Positions 1-9,416 of a stretch of DNA of 64,000 bases are shown piece by piece. A model generated the notes under the pieces. The model saw nothing but the letters and a program-made list of their open reading frames with translations, searched no databases and was not told the DNA's origin. Made by a program: the position numbers and the translations under genes. Within the stretch, counting starts at the first letter, position 1. Each line of letters starts with the position of its first letter. Origin of the DNA: a virus. Location of the stretch: positions 1 to 64,000 of IMG/VR virus record IMGVR_UViG_3300027985_000978. The stretch is one strand, 5' to 3'.

Positions 1-273
1 GCTCTTGAACTGGATGAACTACCAGCATTCAGGAACGGTAACGCCAGCCAGCGCCGTGCTATTTTTCTTGCAGAGATGGCTAGACTCATGGGAACCGCTA
101 CGACTGTCACTATGCCACCAGCAACAGAGCCGGTACATACAGCCACTAGCGAACCAGTTAAACAACCTGTATCAACTGCGCCTGCCCAGCCGGTTGAATC
201 GGAGCCGGAACCAATCATAAAAAACCCTAAGCTACCCAACTTAGGCCGCGTGATTAGCGACGACGACGAATAA
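1..273 (+). CDS. C-terminal part of a protein truncated by the window edge, with a Pro-rich tail (possibly a partition adaptor)
   Basis: Frame is open from base 1 (ALELDELPAFRNG...LAEMARLMG...) to TAA at 271-273; function is a guess. Confidence 0.5.
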   Translation, partial: ALELDELPAFRNGNASQRRAIFLAEMARLMGTATTVTMPPATEPVHTATSEPVKQPVSTAPAQPVESEPEPIIKNPKLPNLGRVISDDDE

Positions 274-315
274 CAGAACTCCCATCCAGCCCAGCCACCA
301 GCAACAGGAGTTTGA

Positions 316-552
316 TTGGTGGACGGTAAGAAATATAACCCTAGTGCAAAGCGGCAAAGTCGCTTTAGGAAAACGCAACAAAACGCGGGTAAACAACAGA
401 TGACAATCTGGCTGGATACCCACTCGAAAGGTCAGTTCATCAGGATAAAAGAGTTACTTCAGCGCAACAATGAGGAAACTTTTGAAGCAATCATGACCCG
501 CTTCTCTGAATTATCCGATGAAGAGATACTGAACCGACTCAAAGTGTATTAA
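316..552 (+). CDS. small DNA-binding protein, ribbon-helix-helix-like
   Basis: SD CAGGAG at 305-310; basic N-terminus followed by a QMTIWL strand and helices; terminator follows. Confidence 0.65.
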   Translation: MVDGKKYNPSAKRQSRFRKTQQNAGKQQMTIWLDTHSKGQFIRIKELLQRNNEETFEAIMTRFSELSDEEILNRLKVY

Positions 553-578
553 AAAAGGGGGCTTCCTATGCCCCCTGT
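551..578. terminator. intrinsic terminator between convergent genes
   Basis: A-tract, then AGGGGGC-ttcctat-GCCCCCT hairpin. Confidence 0.6.
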
Positions 579-868
579 TCTTTCTCTGCCAGATAGCTGA
601 TTTCGTTCTGGTCTGCCAGCTTCCGCATTTCACACATAATCAATTCACAACGATCTGAATAACCAAGGCGCTCTGTAAGCTCGTCTAGCATCTTCAGTTC
701 TGTTTTTGATATACGCATCCCCCTAAGCTCACAAATGCCGAATTTAGCCATTTTAGACCGCCTAGCCGCTTGATATTCGGCGTTGGTCTTCCTTCCCGTG
801 GCTGGCCGACCCATTTTTACATGTTTTCCGCTTCGCCCTGTTCCGTTTCCTGTGCTGGTTCTTTCCAT
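566..868 (-). CDS. small DNA-binding protein (GRP AT-hook-like motif plus RHH-like region); true start probably at MGRP
   Basis: MGRPATGRKTNAEYQAARR...LDELTERLGYSDRCELI. Confidence 0.55.
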   Translation of the reverse strand: MERTSTGNGTGRSGKHVKMGRPATGRKTNAEYQAARRSKMAKFGICELRGMRISKTELKMLDELTERLGYSDRCELIMCEMRKLADQNEISYLAEKEQGA

Positions 869-1410
869 TCTGATTGTCTCTCGATTGCTTCTTCCCAGCC
901 GTCGATCTGCATGTCAGTGAGTTTCATTACTGGCTTGCCGTTCTGGTTATATGCGATATATGGATTTTCTAATTTCGTGCCGTCTAATCGGGTGAGGACA
1001 TACCACTTATGAACCGTGTCAAAAGTAATACTGCATCCGTAATGGGCCGCTATGCGCTGTACGTCTTCTGAAAACGTTCTTACGGGCCTTCTATGTGGGA
1101 TTAGTATTTTCTCTTTCTTCTGCTTCTCGGTGATTGCTGCTGCGCTGGTGGTGAGTTTGTATAGCTTGCCTTGGTACGGTCTTAATCCGCATCTCTTCAG
1201 GTACTTTGCATCGATCATTGCCTTGGCGACACGATAGTTAAGCTGCTTGATACCCACCTCTTGGTGATCGACTATCTGAATTATCCATGTACCCGTTAAA
1301 AATATCTGTCTGGTAGCCGTAGATAATCGTTTAGAGTCCCTGTGCAGTAACAGCACACCCTCTTGTTCCAAGTCATTCAGCAATTCAACACGGTTCTTTG
1401 TAAGCATCAT
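817..1410 (-). CDS. hypothetical phage protein
   Basis: 197-aa ORF co-directional within the operon. Confidence 0.6.
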   Translation of the reverse strand: MMLTKNRVELLNDLEQEGVLLLHRDSKRLSTATRQIFLTGTWIIQIVDHQEVGIKQLNYRVAKAMIDAKYLKRCGLRPYQGKLYKLTTSAAAITEKQKKEKILIPHRRPVRTFSEDVQRIAAHYGCSITFDTVHKWYVLTRLDGTKLENPYIAYNQNGKPVMKLTDMQIDGWEEAIERQSEWKEPAQETEQGEAENM

Positions 1411-1434
1411 TGGGGTATGTCCCTTTCGTTGTAA

Positions 1435-2091
1435 TTAAACCGCCTCTTCCCATTCAATCCATTCACGATCTTTGTCGCGTTCCGGCACGGTTTCCCCTGC
1501 CTTCAGGTTTCGGTATTGGCGGATCACTTCCAGTGCCTCATCACAGCCATAGCAGACGGCACAGTAATAGCCACGACCGGAAAGTGATTTAAGTTTCTGT
1601 TTTTGTTTGTCTGATAGTTTGCCCTTTTCCGCTTTCATTTCAATACGTGCGCCGTGATAAACAGAGACCGGTAAATCAATCACGATATCTGGATAACCGG
1701 CCTTCAGCCCTTCAGCCCTTAAATCGTTCGCGGTCTTGGTTGCTCTTAATCCACCAGCCGGAAAAGCTGTCATGCACTCGTACAGTTCGGGATCTTCTTT
1801 CAGGATAGTTTCAAACAATCGCACCTGTTCGTAGTGTTCCTGATTTCCTTTCAAATTTTCTGGATGGCTTGCCAGATAAGCCAGTGCGACGGCGTGACAT
1901 GACGGTATAACCTCGTTGGGGGCATAAATAGCCGGTAGTTTCTGCCCCTTACGTCCAGTTTTCTTTGTGTTAGCCTCGTCGGGCGGGATGATCCCACCAA
2001 AAGGCAGGCCGGAACCCGCCTTAATGCCCTTGGCCGCCCAGCCTTTCCGCTTTGCCATTTGTTGCGTTAGAAAACTCTCGTCAAAGGCCAT
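1435..2091 (-). CDS. VRR-NUC (PD-(D/E)XK) nuclease, P1 PmgM-like
   Basis: EHYEQ...AEGLKAGYPDIVID...RIEMKAEKGKLSDKQ...GYYCAVCYG. Confidence 0.85.
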   Translation of the reverse strand: MAFDESFLTQQMAKRKGWAAKGIKAGSGLPFGGIIPPDEANTKKTGRKGQKLPAIYAPNEVIPSCHAVALAYLASHPENLKGNQEHYEQVRLFETILKEDPELYECMTAFPAGGLRATKTANDLRAEGLKAGYPDIVIDLPVSVYHGARIEMKAEKGKLSDKQKQKLKSLSGRGYYCAVCYGCDEALEVIRQYRNLKAGETVPERDKDREWIEWEEAV

Positions 2092-2099
2092 ATGTCACC

Positions 2100-2402
2100 T
2101 CACGATTTCATTGCTTTAATGACTTTTTCCAGCGTTCCTGTTTGTTCTAGCGCAACTAATGACTGCATAGCGATAGCGATCCTTTCAAGCAACTCAGCCT
2201 GTCTTTCCAGCTTGTCTAAGTTCATGCCTTTGTCTAACGACTGCATGGCTGTATGTAGTTTGTTGGCTGAATCTCTCACTTGCCCTGAAACCTTTTTCGA
2301 TTGCTCTGATAGGTCAGTTTGGGCTTTGTTGAATTGCTGAAGTTTGTTACCAAATACCGTTGTTAATTGCTCAAGGTCTGCGGTTGCTTGTTCGATAGAC
2401 AT
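2100..2402 (-). CDS. coiled-coil hypothetical protein
   Basis: Start MSIEQ at 2402 has an upstream AAGAGGA SD; the ORF track extends it to 2570. Confidence 0.6.
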   Translation of the reverse strand: MSIEQATADLEQLTTVFGNKLQQFNKAQTDLSEQSKKVSGQVRDSANKLHTAMQSLDKGMNLDKLERQAELLERIAIAMQSLVALEQTGTLEKVIKAMKS

Positions 2403-2574
2403 TCTTAATTCCTCTTTAATGTATTTATATTCGTTGTTTACCATCATGTTTAAACACAGCATGTCGGCCTGTTCACCAGACCAGACCGGCGCACCCTTGA
2501 TGTATTTATAGGGCTCTAACAGGTTTCCTGATTTTGGTATTTTGTTTCCCGTTGGTAGTCTTATTGCCATATAT

Positions 2575-2880
2575 CTAATCCCCCACCAGCATCACGCGCT
2601 GAAAACGAGCGGCGCGACCAAACAGCCAATTCCGCTTCCAATCCTGCACAGACTTTGCTGTACCGTATGGTTGATTTAACCAGAAAGACGGCGGATCGTT
2701 CCGGTAATTGCTCAACTTGAACGAGCTGGACAGGGGAATGTATTTACCAGCGACACAAACCAACATAGCCACCCGCTCACCCTTTGCATTCAGCGCAATG
2801 TGAATAACTGTTCTGTGCTTAATCTTGCTCATGACTGACCTAACTTGCTGGTGGAATGAACCCACAACCCCAATCTTCAC
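2575..2880 (-). CDS. hypothetical protein
   Basis: ORF in operon context. Confidence 0.5.
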   Translation of the reverse strand: MKIGVVGSFHQQVRSVMSKIKHRTVIHIALNAKGERVAMLVCVAGKYIPLSSSFKLSNYRNDPPSFWLNQPYGTAKSVQDWKRNWLFGRAARFQRVMLVGD

Positions 2881-3202
2881 CCTGTTCGTGGTGCTCTAAA
2901 GGAATTGCAAAGATAGCTACCGGACAATCTTCTGTATCATGAATGGATAGCAGAAAAGCGTTTTCAGCTGGCTTTGTTGGCTCCCAGCCCTCACAACCGT
3001 ATTCATTTTCATTAAGGCGGTTATCCTGTATCTCTTCCGGTGCGTCATACTCAAACCAAACACATACGGATTTAATTTGATTGTCTGCGCACCACTGCTC
3101 CCATTCTTCTTTCGGTACATATTCCCTATCATCAAAATCAGGGTACTGTGAGTGAGTCCAATATCCATCAGGATCGCGTTTTACTTCTTCAGGCTGGATC
3201 AT
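2840..3202 (-). CDS. conserved acidic phage protein
   Basis: RDPDGYWTH...CEGWEP...FLLSIHDTED pattern typical of small phage proteins. Confidence 0.7.
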   Translation of the reverse strand: MIQPEEVKRDPDGYWTHSQYPDFDDREYVPKEEWEQWCADNQIKSVCVWFEYDAPEEIQDNRLNENEYGCEGWEPTKPAENAFLLSIHDTEDCPVAIFAIPLEHHEQGEDWGCGFIPPAS

Positions 3203-3209
3203 GGCTTGC

Positions 3210-3491
3210 TTACTCCATTACTGGCTCATGCGTTTCTGCGAATACTTCAGCTTTGCGTAGATGCATATCCCCTGCTTCACCTTTCACAACATAATCACCA
3301 ATGATTGCCAGCGCTGTGCCTTCACCTGTTTTCAGGAAGATACCCACAGGGTTCTCATGCTTCAGAAAATCACGCTCATTGTTATAATGGCGGCCCTTGG
3401 CAGCATCCCCTATGAATGACTCAACAGCTTCAAAATTCAGTTCGGTTAATTGCATGGCTTCAACGATTGTTGGTTTAACGCGGTATTTCAT
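3210..3491 (-). CDS. conserved small phage protein
   Basis: MKYRVKPTIVEAMQ...GDYVVKG...VFAETHEP widespread phage motif; GGGGA SD. Confidence 0.7.
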   Translation of the reverse strand: MKYRVKPTIVEAMQLTELNFEAVESFIGDAAKGRHYNNERDFLKHENPVGIFLKTGEGTALAIIGDYVVKGEAGDMHLRKAEVFAETHEPVME

Positions 3492-3501
3492 GATTATTCC
3501 C

Positions 3502-5034
3502 CTATACTGTTGCACGCTTTGGTTTGACTGGTTTCTTCTGCTTGGCTTTTCTGACCGCTAGTTTTGCTGCTTTCTGCTGGTGGTGTCGGTTCGCTAACGC
3601 TTCCCGTTTGTTCTTCAGACAAATTGCGCGTTGCATCGCAGCTTCAGCATCAGGATTGCGCGTTGCTGCATAGATATTTGCAGCTGCCTCCCCCCGTGCC
3701 ATGACATCCAACATTTCAGCACTGTCTAACTGCATCATGACGCTGGTTATTTCGTCCCATGTCTCTTTAGGCGGCATCACGATATTCATCATGTTTTTCT
3801 CTTCGCCGTTGAACTCAACAAACAGGGACGGGAAGATCAGGTAGTGGTCGCCTGTTTCGTCTGGTTCGGCGGATACCATCACGACACAAGCAAGCCCGTT
3901 GTTATTACCCCACCAGCAAATAGGCTTGTTTGGGTGAATTTCATGATGATCTGTGCTTTTGATGTGATCGGGATTGAGTGACATGATCGATAACCGGCCA
4001 TGATCATTCTTGTAAATCGCCTGCTGGTTTAGGTACTGGACGGTTAATTCTGCAAAGTCTAAGCGGCGCTTTCTGTCTTGTAGTAACAAGTGCTGTTCAT
4101 CCATGACTGATTTAGTCTGTGAACAAGTGAAATCAAGCTCATGGTTTAACTCGGTCAATTCATCAATGACGCGGTTTTTCTCCGCCAACTGTTCGCCGTG
4201 GTGCTCTGCCTTCTGGTGCGCTTGTGCTAGTGCGTCCCGTGCGTTGTCCAGATCGGCCCGTACAGCTACCAGTTCTGCTGCTTTCTGGCGTAGTTCTTTC
4301 AGTTCGTCCGACTCGATGCGGGTAGACCCTCTGAATTGGTCTTCCAGCTGGGTTTTTTGTGCGGCCAATGCGTTCTGTTTAGCTTTGTCTGCAACAGCTA
4401 GTGATGATTCAGCCTGTTTTAGTCTCTTGGCTGTATCCAGTAATTCTTCAGCAAGCTGATTAACCCTGCTTTGTTCATGCGCGGCGGCTAACCGTGCGGC
4501 GGATAGGTCATTTTCTAATTGCTTCTGCTTGCTGGTGGCATGATTCAGGCGTGCGGTTAAATCCGCTACTTGGGAACTGGCATCCGTGGCGCGTTCGTTC
4601 ACACCCATTAGTTTTTCAAGCTTTGCGGCCTGTTCTTCAACGATTGCGCGTTGTTCGATTAACTGTTCACTCAGAATTGCGGCGGCTGCCTGTAGTTCTT
4701 CCACTTCCCCAGCGGCGGCGGTTCTAGCTGCCAACTGTTCGATCAGGCGTTGTTTAGCGCTTAACTCTGCTTCATGCGTCAGTGATTTAGTGACCAGCGT
4801 AGCGACACGGCTTTTTGCAACGGTTAATTCAATGGCTAAGGCGTCACGTTCTGCCGTGGCTTCGTTGGCGGTACGCTCCAGACTATCCATGATATGGCGG
4901 GTTAAAAGGTCAATCTCGACGGACATCAAACCGGCGTAGCCTTCAGATAGTGCGCTTTCAGGTAACGTGATTAGGTAAGAATCGAATTCTTGCGTGATTG
5001 GATCTATGTCTTTGATGTTTGCTATAGCGTTCAT
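3502..5034 (-). CDS. long coiled-coil protein with globular C-terminal domain
   Basis: About 300 aa of heptad-rich sequence, then a beta-rich domain and a basic tail. Confidence 0.75.
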   Translation of the reverse strand: MNAIANIKDIDPITQEFDSYLITLPESALSEGYAGLMSVEIDLLTRHIMDSLERTANEATAERDALAIELTVAKSRVATLVTKSLTHEAELSAKQRLIEQLAARTAAAGEVEELQAAAAILSEQLIEQRAIVEEQAAKLEKLMGVNERATDASSQVADLTARLNHATSKQKQLENDLSAARLAAAHEQSRVNQLAEELLDTAKRLKQAESSLAVADKAKQNALAAQKTQLEDQFRGSTRIESDELKELRQKAAELVAVRADLDNARDALAQAHQKAEHHGEQLAEKNRVIDELTELNHELDFTCSQTKSVMDEQHLLLQDRKRRLDFAELTVQYLNQQAIYKNDHGRLSIMSLNPDHIKSTDHHEIHPNKPICWWGNNNGLACVVMVSAEPDETGDHYLIFPSLFVEFNGEEKNMMNIVMPPKETWDEITSVMMQLDSAEMLDVMARGEAAANIYAATRNPDAEAAMQRAICLKNKREALANRHHQQKAAKLAVRKAKQKKPVKPKRATV

Positions 5035-5137
5035 AGTGATGTCGGGCGTTAGGGAAAAAGAGCCCCTTAGTACGGTTAAGGGGCGGGGAAAACATATCTA
5101 ACATGAGTTCGCCGGAAAATGATCCAAACCGACGACT

Positions 5138-5202
5138 TGATTAGGATAATTCATTAATCTGACGCGCTCAATAAATTAATGAATTAATTGATATGATTAG
5201 GA
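5138..5202. promoter_or_regulatory. pair of TGATTAGGA operator-like boxes (5138-5146, 5194-5202)
   Basis: Exact copies of a 9-mer found 11 times in the window. Confidence 0.7.
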
Positions 5203-5204
5203 AC

Positions 5205-5387
5205 TTAGGCGCGTTTAGAAAATGGATTCGGAATTTTACCGATCAAACGGCGTACAGAACCCACCAGCGATCTGTCTTCTGGCTCAATGTTCTGAATCAT
5301 GCCTCTCAGGAATTGCTCACGCTTGTATTGTTCTTGGCGGTTTTTGATTTCAAACTCAACACACACGGATATATAACTACGCATCAT
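5205..5387 (-). CDS. small hypothetical protein
   Basis: 60 aa with GAGGA SD. Confidence 0.5.
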   Translation of the reverse strand: MMRSYISVCVEFEIKNRQEQYKREQFLRGMIQNIEPEDRSLVGSVRRLIGKIPNPFSKRA

Positions 5388-5466
5388 TGCAACGATTCCT
5401 CACGGTGAAATGGTAACAAAACAACCTGTTTATTCAGTCGGGCAACTTACACACAAACAGGGCTTG

Positions 5467-6108
5467 TTAGTTTCTGCCGTTCTCATAGACACGGGACGGC
5501 GCAAACAACAACGGGCAGGCTTTGTTTAGTGCGATCTGGCCGCAATGGGCCTCCCACATTGAGTCATCGAGCGCGTGATGTTTAATACCTTTGAATTCGT
5601 CGGCGTACTTAGTGTTAAGTCCAGCTGCGCGGCCTATCCATGTCAGCGTTCTGGCTGATTGGTTGCCGCCAAAATGCCACGGCGTAGAGATATTCAACTG
5701 CTTGTAAGCGTGGTCAATGATTGAGTTATCAAATTCGGGGCCGTTCCCGACGATCTGGATCTTGCCACCACCACTCATAATTTCTGTATCAGTCAGATAG
5801 CAGGCTAACTCTGCCAGCCCATCAAATAACGATGTACGGGCGCTGAAAGTCAGATCGTATGCTTCTTGGCTGGTCTTGGTTCGGTCATGCCAGAAAGCCA
5901 TTGTGTCGCTATCCCGCGTGCGCTCTACTTGGCCGCTAATGTCGCATGAGGTAAAGAACTGGCCCACACAATCACCCGTGGTCACATCAACACTGGTAAC
6001 ACCAATCGACGCGATAGCTGCTGTGATCTTGGTTGATGTGGTCTCAATGTCCAGATAATGCAATAACGGACTGATCCCGAAGTTTTTTAAATGGTTTGTT
6101 ACTGTCAC
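5467..6108 (-). CDS. DEDDh 3'-5' exonuclease (exonuclease VIII / DnaQ-like family)
   Basis: LDIETT, GNGPEFDNSI and HHALDDS motifs. Confidence 0.9.
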   Translation of the reverse strand: MTVTNHLKNFGISPLLHYLDIETTSTKITAAIASIGVTSVDVTTGDCVGQFFTSCDISGQVERTRDSDTMAFWHDRTKTSQEAYDLTFSARTSLFDGLAELACYLTDTEIMSGGGKIQIVGNGPEFDNSIIDHAYKQLNISTPWHFGGNQSARTLTWIGRAAGLNTKYADEFKGIKHHALDDSMWEAHCGQIALNKACPLLFAPSRVYENGRN

Positions 6109-6398
6109 TTGGTTGCTCCAAATTCGTTTGCCATGAATCCGCTTAATAGTTCTCTGGCTCTGGTTACTCGCCCTTCTTCCAACTCTAAACGCTGTTGAAG
6201 TTTGGCGATTGCGTAGTTGATAGCATCTGCTTTATCGAGAAAATGCGCCTGCTGGTGATTCTTGCGCTCATGCCGTCGCCCCTTCACGTAGACACCACGG
6301 CGCGTTAGTTTTTCGCACTGAATTGGAATAATGCGATCCGTGTCAGTGTAATAACACCAGACAATTACATCCCGCGCTTCGACTGTTGCGTTAGCCAT
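6105..6398 (-). CDS. hypothetical protein
   Basis: Stop overlaps the next start. Confidence 0.6.
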   Translation of the reverse strand: MANATVEARDVIVWCYYTDTDRIIPIQCEKLTRRGVYVKGRRHERKNHQQAHFLDKADAINYAIAKLQQRLELEEGRVTRARELLSGFMANEFGATK

Positions 6399-6691
6399 TC
6401 GATCACCTCTGCATGTGGCGTAATGAAATCAAACGCCAGCTCACCAACGGTTGATTTTCTCTCTGCCGGTTTCATACCGTCGCCACAATACAAGCAATGG
6501 GTATAAGTTCCGGCTGTCTTGGTTTCATCTTCAGGATCAGGCACAAAGTTTCTCGGTAATCCGGTGCGCTTGATTGTCATTTCAACCGTATCACCACCAG
6601 CAATGTGCTTTATATGTGATTTATGGGGCGCTAGGCCGTAGTACGGGAATGCACAACCACCGCCCCCGTCATTACAATGTCTGCATGTCAT
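6365..6691 (-). CDS. zinc-binding hypothetical protein
   Basis: CRHC...CLYC pairs. Confidence 0.6.
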   Translation of the reverse strand: MTCRHCNDGGGGCAFPYYGLAPHKSHIKHIAGGDTVEMTIKRTGLPRNFVPDPEDETKTAGTYTHCLYCGDGMKPAERKSTVGELAFDFITPHAEVIEWLTQQSKRGM

Positions 6692-7257
6692 CCCAGCTGC
6701 TCACCATCTAACAAAACATCCAGCGCCAACGGCGCGTCACGGCGCATCAGAGATACCAGTGCGTTGAGCGTTGCGTCCGGCAAATCAACACCAGCTGATT
6801 GACACACAAACGCTTGCAGCCTTGCTTTGTTCTCCGCTCTCTTCGCGTGAACTGCATTCCAATCAATCTGATCTGGACTGAACCGGCTGGCCTCTGCTGA
6901 ATAAGCGTGCTTATCATCCCCTTCAAACAGGATCAGAGTTTTATCACTTGATATACCTTTGATCTCTCCCGCATACAGGATGTGGGGTAGCTCGTCAAAA
7001 GGCTGATACAGCGCACGCGCCCCGATATATGGAAACTGGCAGGCTTTGGCGACCTCGCGCACCGCTACAACCGGCCATTGCACCTTGGCTTCTTTCTGTC
7101 GCTCCCACACAGGGAAATCAGCACGCCACACGAACAAGAGATCGTTTTCAAACTTGTAATAAACACCCCGAATGAAAGCGGCCATCTGCGCATCATCCGG
7201 CGCACCGTTGAAATGACTTTCAACCGTGGCATTATGTGTCGCTATCGTCATGGTCAT
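6688..7257 (-). CDS. hypothetical protein
   Basis: ATGA coupling on both sides. Confidence 0.65.
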   Translation of the reverse strand: MTMTIATHNATVESHFNGAPDDAQMAAFIRGVYYKFENDLLFVWRADFPVWERQKEAKVQWPVVAVREVAKACQFPYIGARALYQPFDELPHILYAGEIKGISSDKTLILFEGDDKHAYSAEASRFSPDQIDWNAVHAKRAENKARLQAFVCQSAGVDLPDATLNALVSLMRRDAPLALDVLLDGEQLG

Positions 7258-7481
7258 TCCCCAGCTGCTTCAGTGACGATTTCTTTAATCAGGAAAGACA
7301 TGCTTTCAGCTGGACGGCGTGCAGATATATTGCCGCGTTCGTCGCGTTCGTCGTCCAGTTCCGGTGATACCACAACACCGCTATAAACCTTTTTTAAGGC
7401 CCGCTCAATCGTTGCCATGACGTGCAAGCTGCCCGACTCTGGAACACCTGAAACACTCACTACAATCTGTTCTTTACTCAT
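7254..7481 (-). CDS. hypothetical protein
   Basis: AAGGA SD; coupled to the next gene. Confidence 0.6.
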   Translation of the reverse strand: MSKEQIVVSVSGVPESGSLHVMATIERALKKVYSGVVVSPELDDERDERGNISARRPAESMSFLIKEIVTEAAGE

Positions 7482-7496
7482 TGCTATATTCCTTAA

Positions 7497-8144
7497 TTAA
7501 TCTATTAACTTTCTTAGTGCTTCAGACGCTTTTTCTAGCTCTGTCATTGCGATCACTTGCCCGTCGATATGCTTTCGCATCAAACAGACAGACTCAGCAA
7601 CCACCAGCTGAAGCGACGCTACCTGCTCTTTTAGTTTGCTGGGGTTCTCGCGCCCCTCTAATGCTTTGGCTACCTCTAAAAGCTGGGCGGCCTGTTTGGT
7701 TAGATCTGCCGCTGAAACCGCGTTGATCGCGTTTTCTGTTGGTGCGTCCATTTCTATCTGTAACTGTTCTTGCGCTGGCGCTGGGTTTGTTTCCGGCTCT
7801 TTGATTGCGCTTAGTTTTAACTTGGTGCGATCTGACTTTCCGGTGATATCTTCCCGTGGGTACGCTTTTGATACCGGCAACCCTCGGAACTTATAGATAC
7901 TCCCGTGCATCCGGTGATGGAACATGGTTTCTGACTTGCTGCCGCGCCCCTTCAGGATCTTGTATTCAGCAACAAGCCCTGATTTAGTGAGTTGAGCTAA
8001 TACCTTTGGCTTGTCGGCTCTGCTCAAGCGTGCATACGTCATACATTTCTTGGCGATTTCCTTTAGCGTCATACCGCCTGATTGACGCTCTAACAGCACG
8101 CGGATCTCCCGCTCTGCCGTCATGATTAAACCAAAACTATCCAC
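7497..8144 (-). CDS. winged-helix protein with C-terminal coiled coil
   Basis: GMTLKEIAKK...LAQLTKSGLVAEY wHTH-like pattern. Confidence 0.6.
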   Translation of the reverse strand: MDSFGLIMTAEREIRVLLERQSGGMTLKEIAKKCMTYARLSRADKPKVLAQLTKSGLVAEYKILKGRGSKSETMFHHRMHGSIYKFRGLPVSKAYPREDITGKSDRTKLKLSAIKEPETNPAPAQEQLQIEMDAPTENAINAVSAADLTKQAAQLLEVAKALEGRENPSKLKEQVASLQLVVAESVCLMRKHIDGQVIAMTELEKASEALRKLID

Positions 8145-8152
8145 TCAACCCC

Positions 8153-8338
8153 CTATTCGATATTCACAACCGGTATTTGTTTGAACTCGTAGGCAGTAAA
8201 ACCACCATTGAATAAAGCGCACTTCCATGACGCATCCTGTATGTGGCAATACTTTTCACACGGGCCGGTTTCCATTGTGCAATCCTGATTCATGCACTCA
8301 GAACAAGCCGCATTACCATCTAACTGTCTTTTGTCCAT
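8153..8338 (-). CDS. small Cys-rich protein
   Basis: Six Cys in 61 aa; coupled start. Confidence 0.5.
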   Translation of the reverse strand: MDKRQLDGNAACSECMNQDCTMETGPCEKYCHIQDASWKCALFNGGFTAYEFKQIPVVNIE

Positions 8339-8664
8339 CAGCTACACTTCCCCATGAATCGGAACGTGAACCACTTATAAATGCAAGTAACCACTATGAT
8401 TAGTAACCACAAAGCCACCAGCACACGTTTATGGTAAAACCAGTACCAAACCCTTTTGAACGCGCTGGGCTTGCGCTGGTACGAATCCAGCGCCCTTTGC
8501 ACTTCATCCAGTAGAAGCACGACATCCATAAATTCAGTGGTGTCTTCATTTCCACAACGAGAGCACACGGAAAAACCGTTCGTTAAATCAGATCTCGCTT
8601 CACTGATTAGGAAGTTTACGCGATTTAAAAAAAGACGCTCTCGTTTTCTGCTGAAAAACATCAT
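8338..8664 (-). CDS. small protein with CxxC and a C-terminal transmembrane helix
   Basis: CSRC; VLVALWLLIIVVTCIY. Confidence 0.55.
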   Translation of the reverse strand: MMFFSRKRERLFLNRVNFLISEARSDLTNGFSVCSRCGNEDTTEFMDVVLLLDEVQRALDSYQRKPSAFKRVWYWFYHKRVLVALWLLIIVVTCIYKWFTFRFMGKCS

Positions 8665-8864
8665 TTTTTCGCTCCGTTCGGGACATTTTTCTCAAGCGGC
8701 ACACAGACGTATTTTGCGTACTTGTTCACTTCTGTTTTATAACGTTCGCCAGCGTCTTTGCAGCCCGATTCATACGCAAAAGGGCCGGTAGAAAAACCAG
8801 CGTTGATATTTCCCAGCATTGCGCCTGACATACCAATCATTAATACCCAGCCTTCAATAACCAT
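8661..8864 (-). CDS. small exported protein
   Basis: Hydrophobic N-terminus and two Cys. Confidence 0.5.
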   Translation of the reverse strand: MVIEGWVLMIGMSGAMLGNINAGFSTGPFAYESGCKDAGERYKTEVNKYAKYVCVPLEKNVPNGAKK

Positions 8865-8879
8865 TACCAGCCATTCCCT

Positions 8880-9416
8880 TTAAGCCGGAGTTAAGCGACG
8901 GAACGCGGCAAGCGCACCCTGAAGGATCAGTGTGGTATCTGCTTCGCTGGTTCCCTCTGGTATGTCTTGTCGTGCCTGCTCTAAGAAGTCATTCTCAAGG
9001 CGTGTCATGCGTTGCTCTGGCGTTTCCACCAGCGCTAAATCTGCTTCAGTTACCTGATAGGCTGTTGACTCGCCCAACACGTAAAACATGCTGGTTACTG
9101 AATTCTTAGCCCATGCTTTCATCGTTGCGGATAAACTCGAAACCCCGCTTGCATCAATCTTCAGGGCGTTATCTGGTGGCGTTCCGTGGAGTAACTGCGC
9201 TTCATCACGGATTGTCTGAATGATTGCGTCTGTATTAATAAACGTGGTTACGTCTGGTAATGACGCTGACGCAAAATAAATAACCGTACCGGTCGCTATG
9301 ATCCCGCTCTCTTGCTGGGCCTCAAGCAATGCAGCCTCTTTGCTGTTATAGATAAATAAATCGTTATCCAGTGACCAGAAAACTTGTGTATCGCTCATTA
9401 AAAATAACTCCGCCAA
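8880..9416 (-). CDS. hypothetical protein
   Basis: 178-aa ORF; likely start MSDTQ. Confidence 0.65.
   Translation of the reverse strand: MAELFLMSDTQVFWSLDNDLFIYNSKEAALLEAQQESGIIATGTVIYFASASLPDVTTFINTDAIIQTIRDEAQLLHGTPPDNALKIDASGVSSLSATMKAWAKNSVTSMFYVLGESTAYQVTEADLALVETPEQRMTRLENDFLEQARQDIPEGTSEADTTLILQGALAAFRRLTPA

Noticed and set aside
4103-4939. Plus-strand ORFs opposite the coiled-coil gene, and similar ones opposite darB, ddrB, sit and the capsid gene
   Set aside because: Antisense shadows produced by codon bias; no SD or recognisable motifs.
4968-4976. Near-match operator TGATTAGGT (also TGATTAGCG at 251 and GCTAATCAA at 13335)
   Set aside because: Mismatched and mostly within coding sequence; not counted among the 11 boxes.
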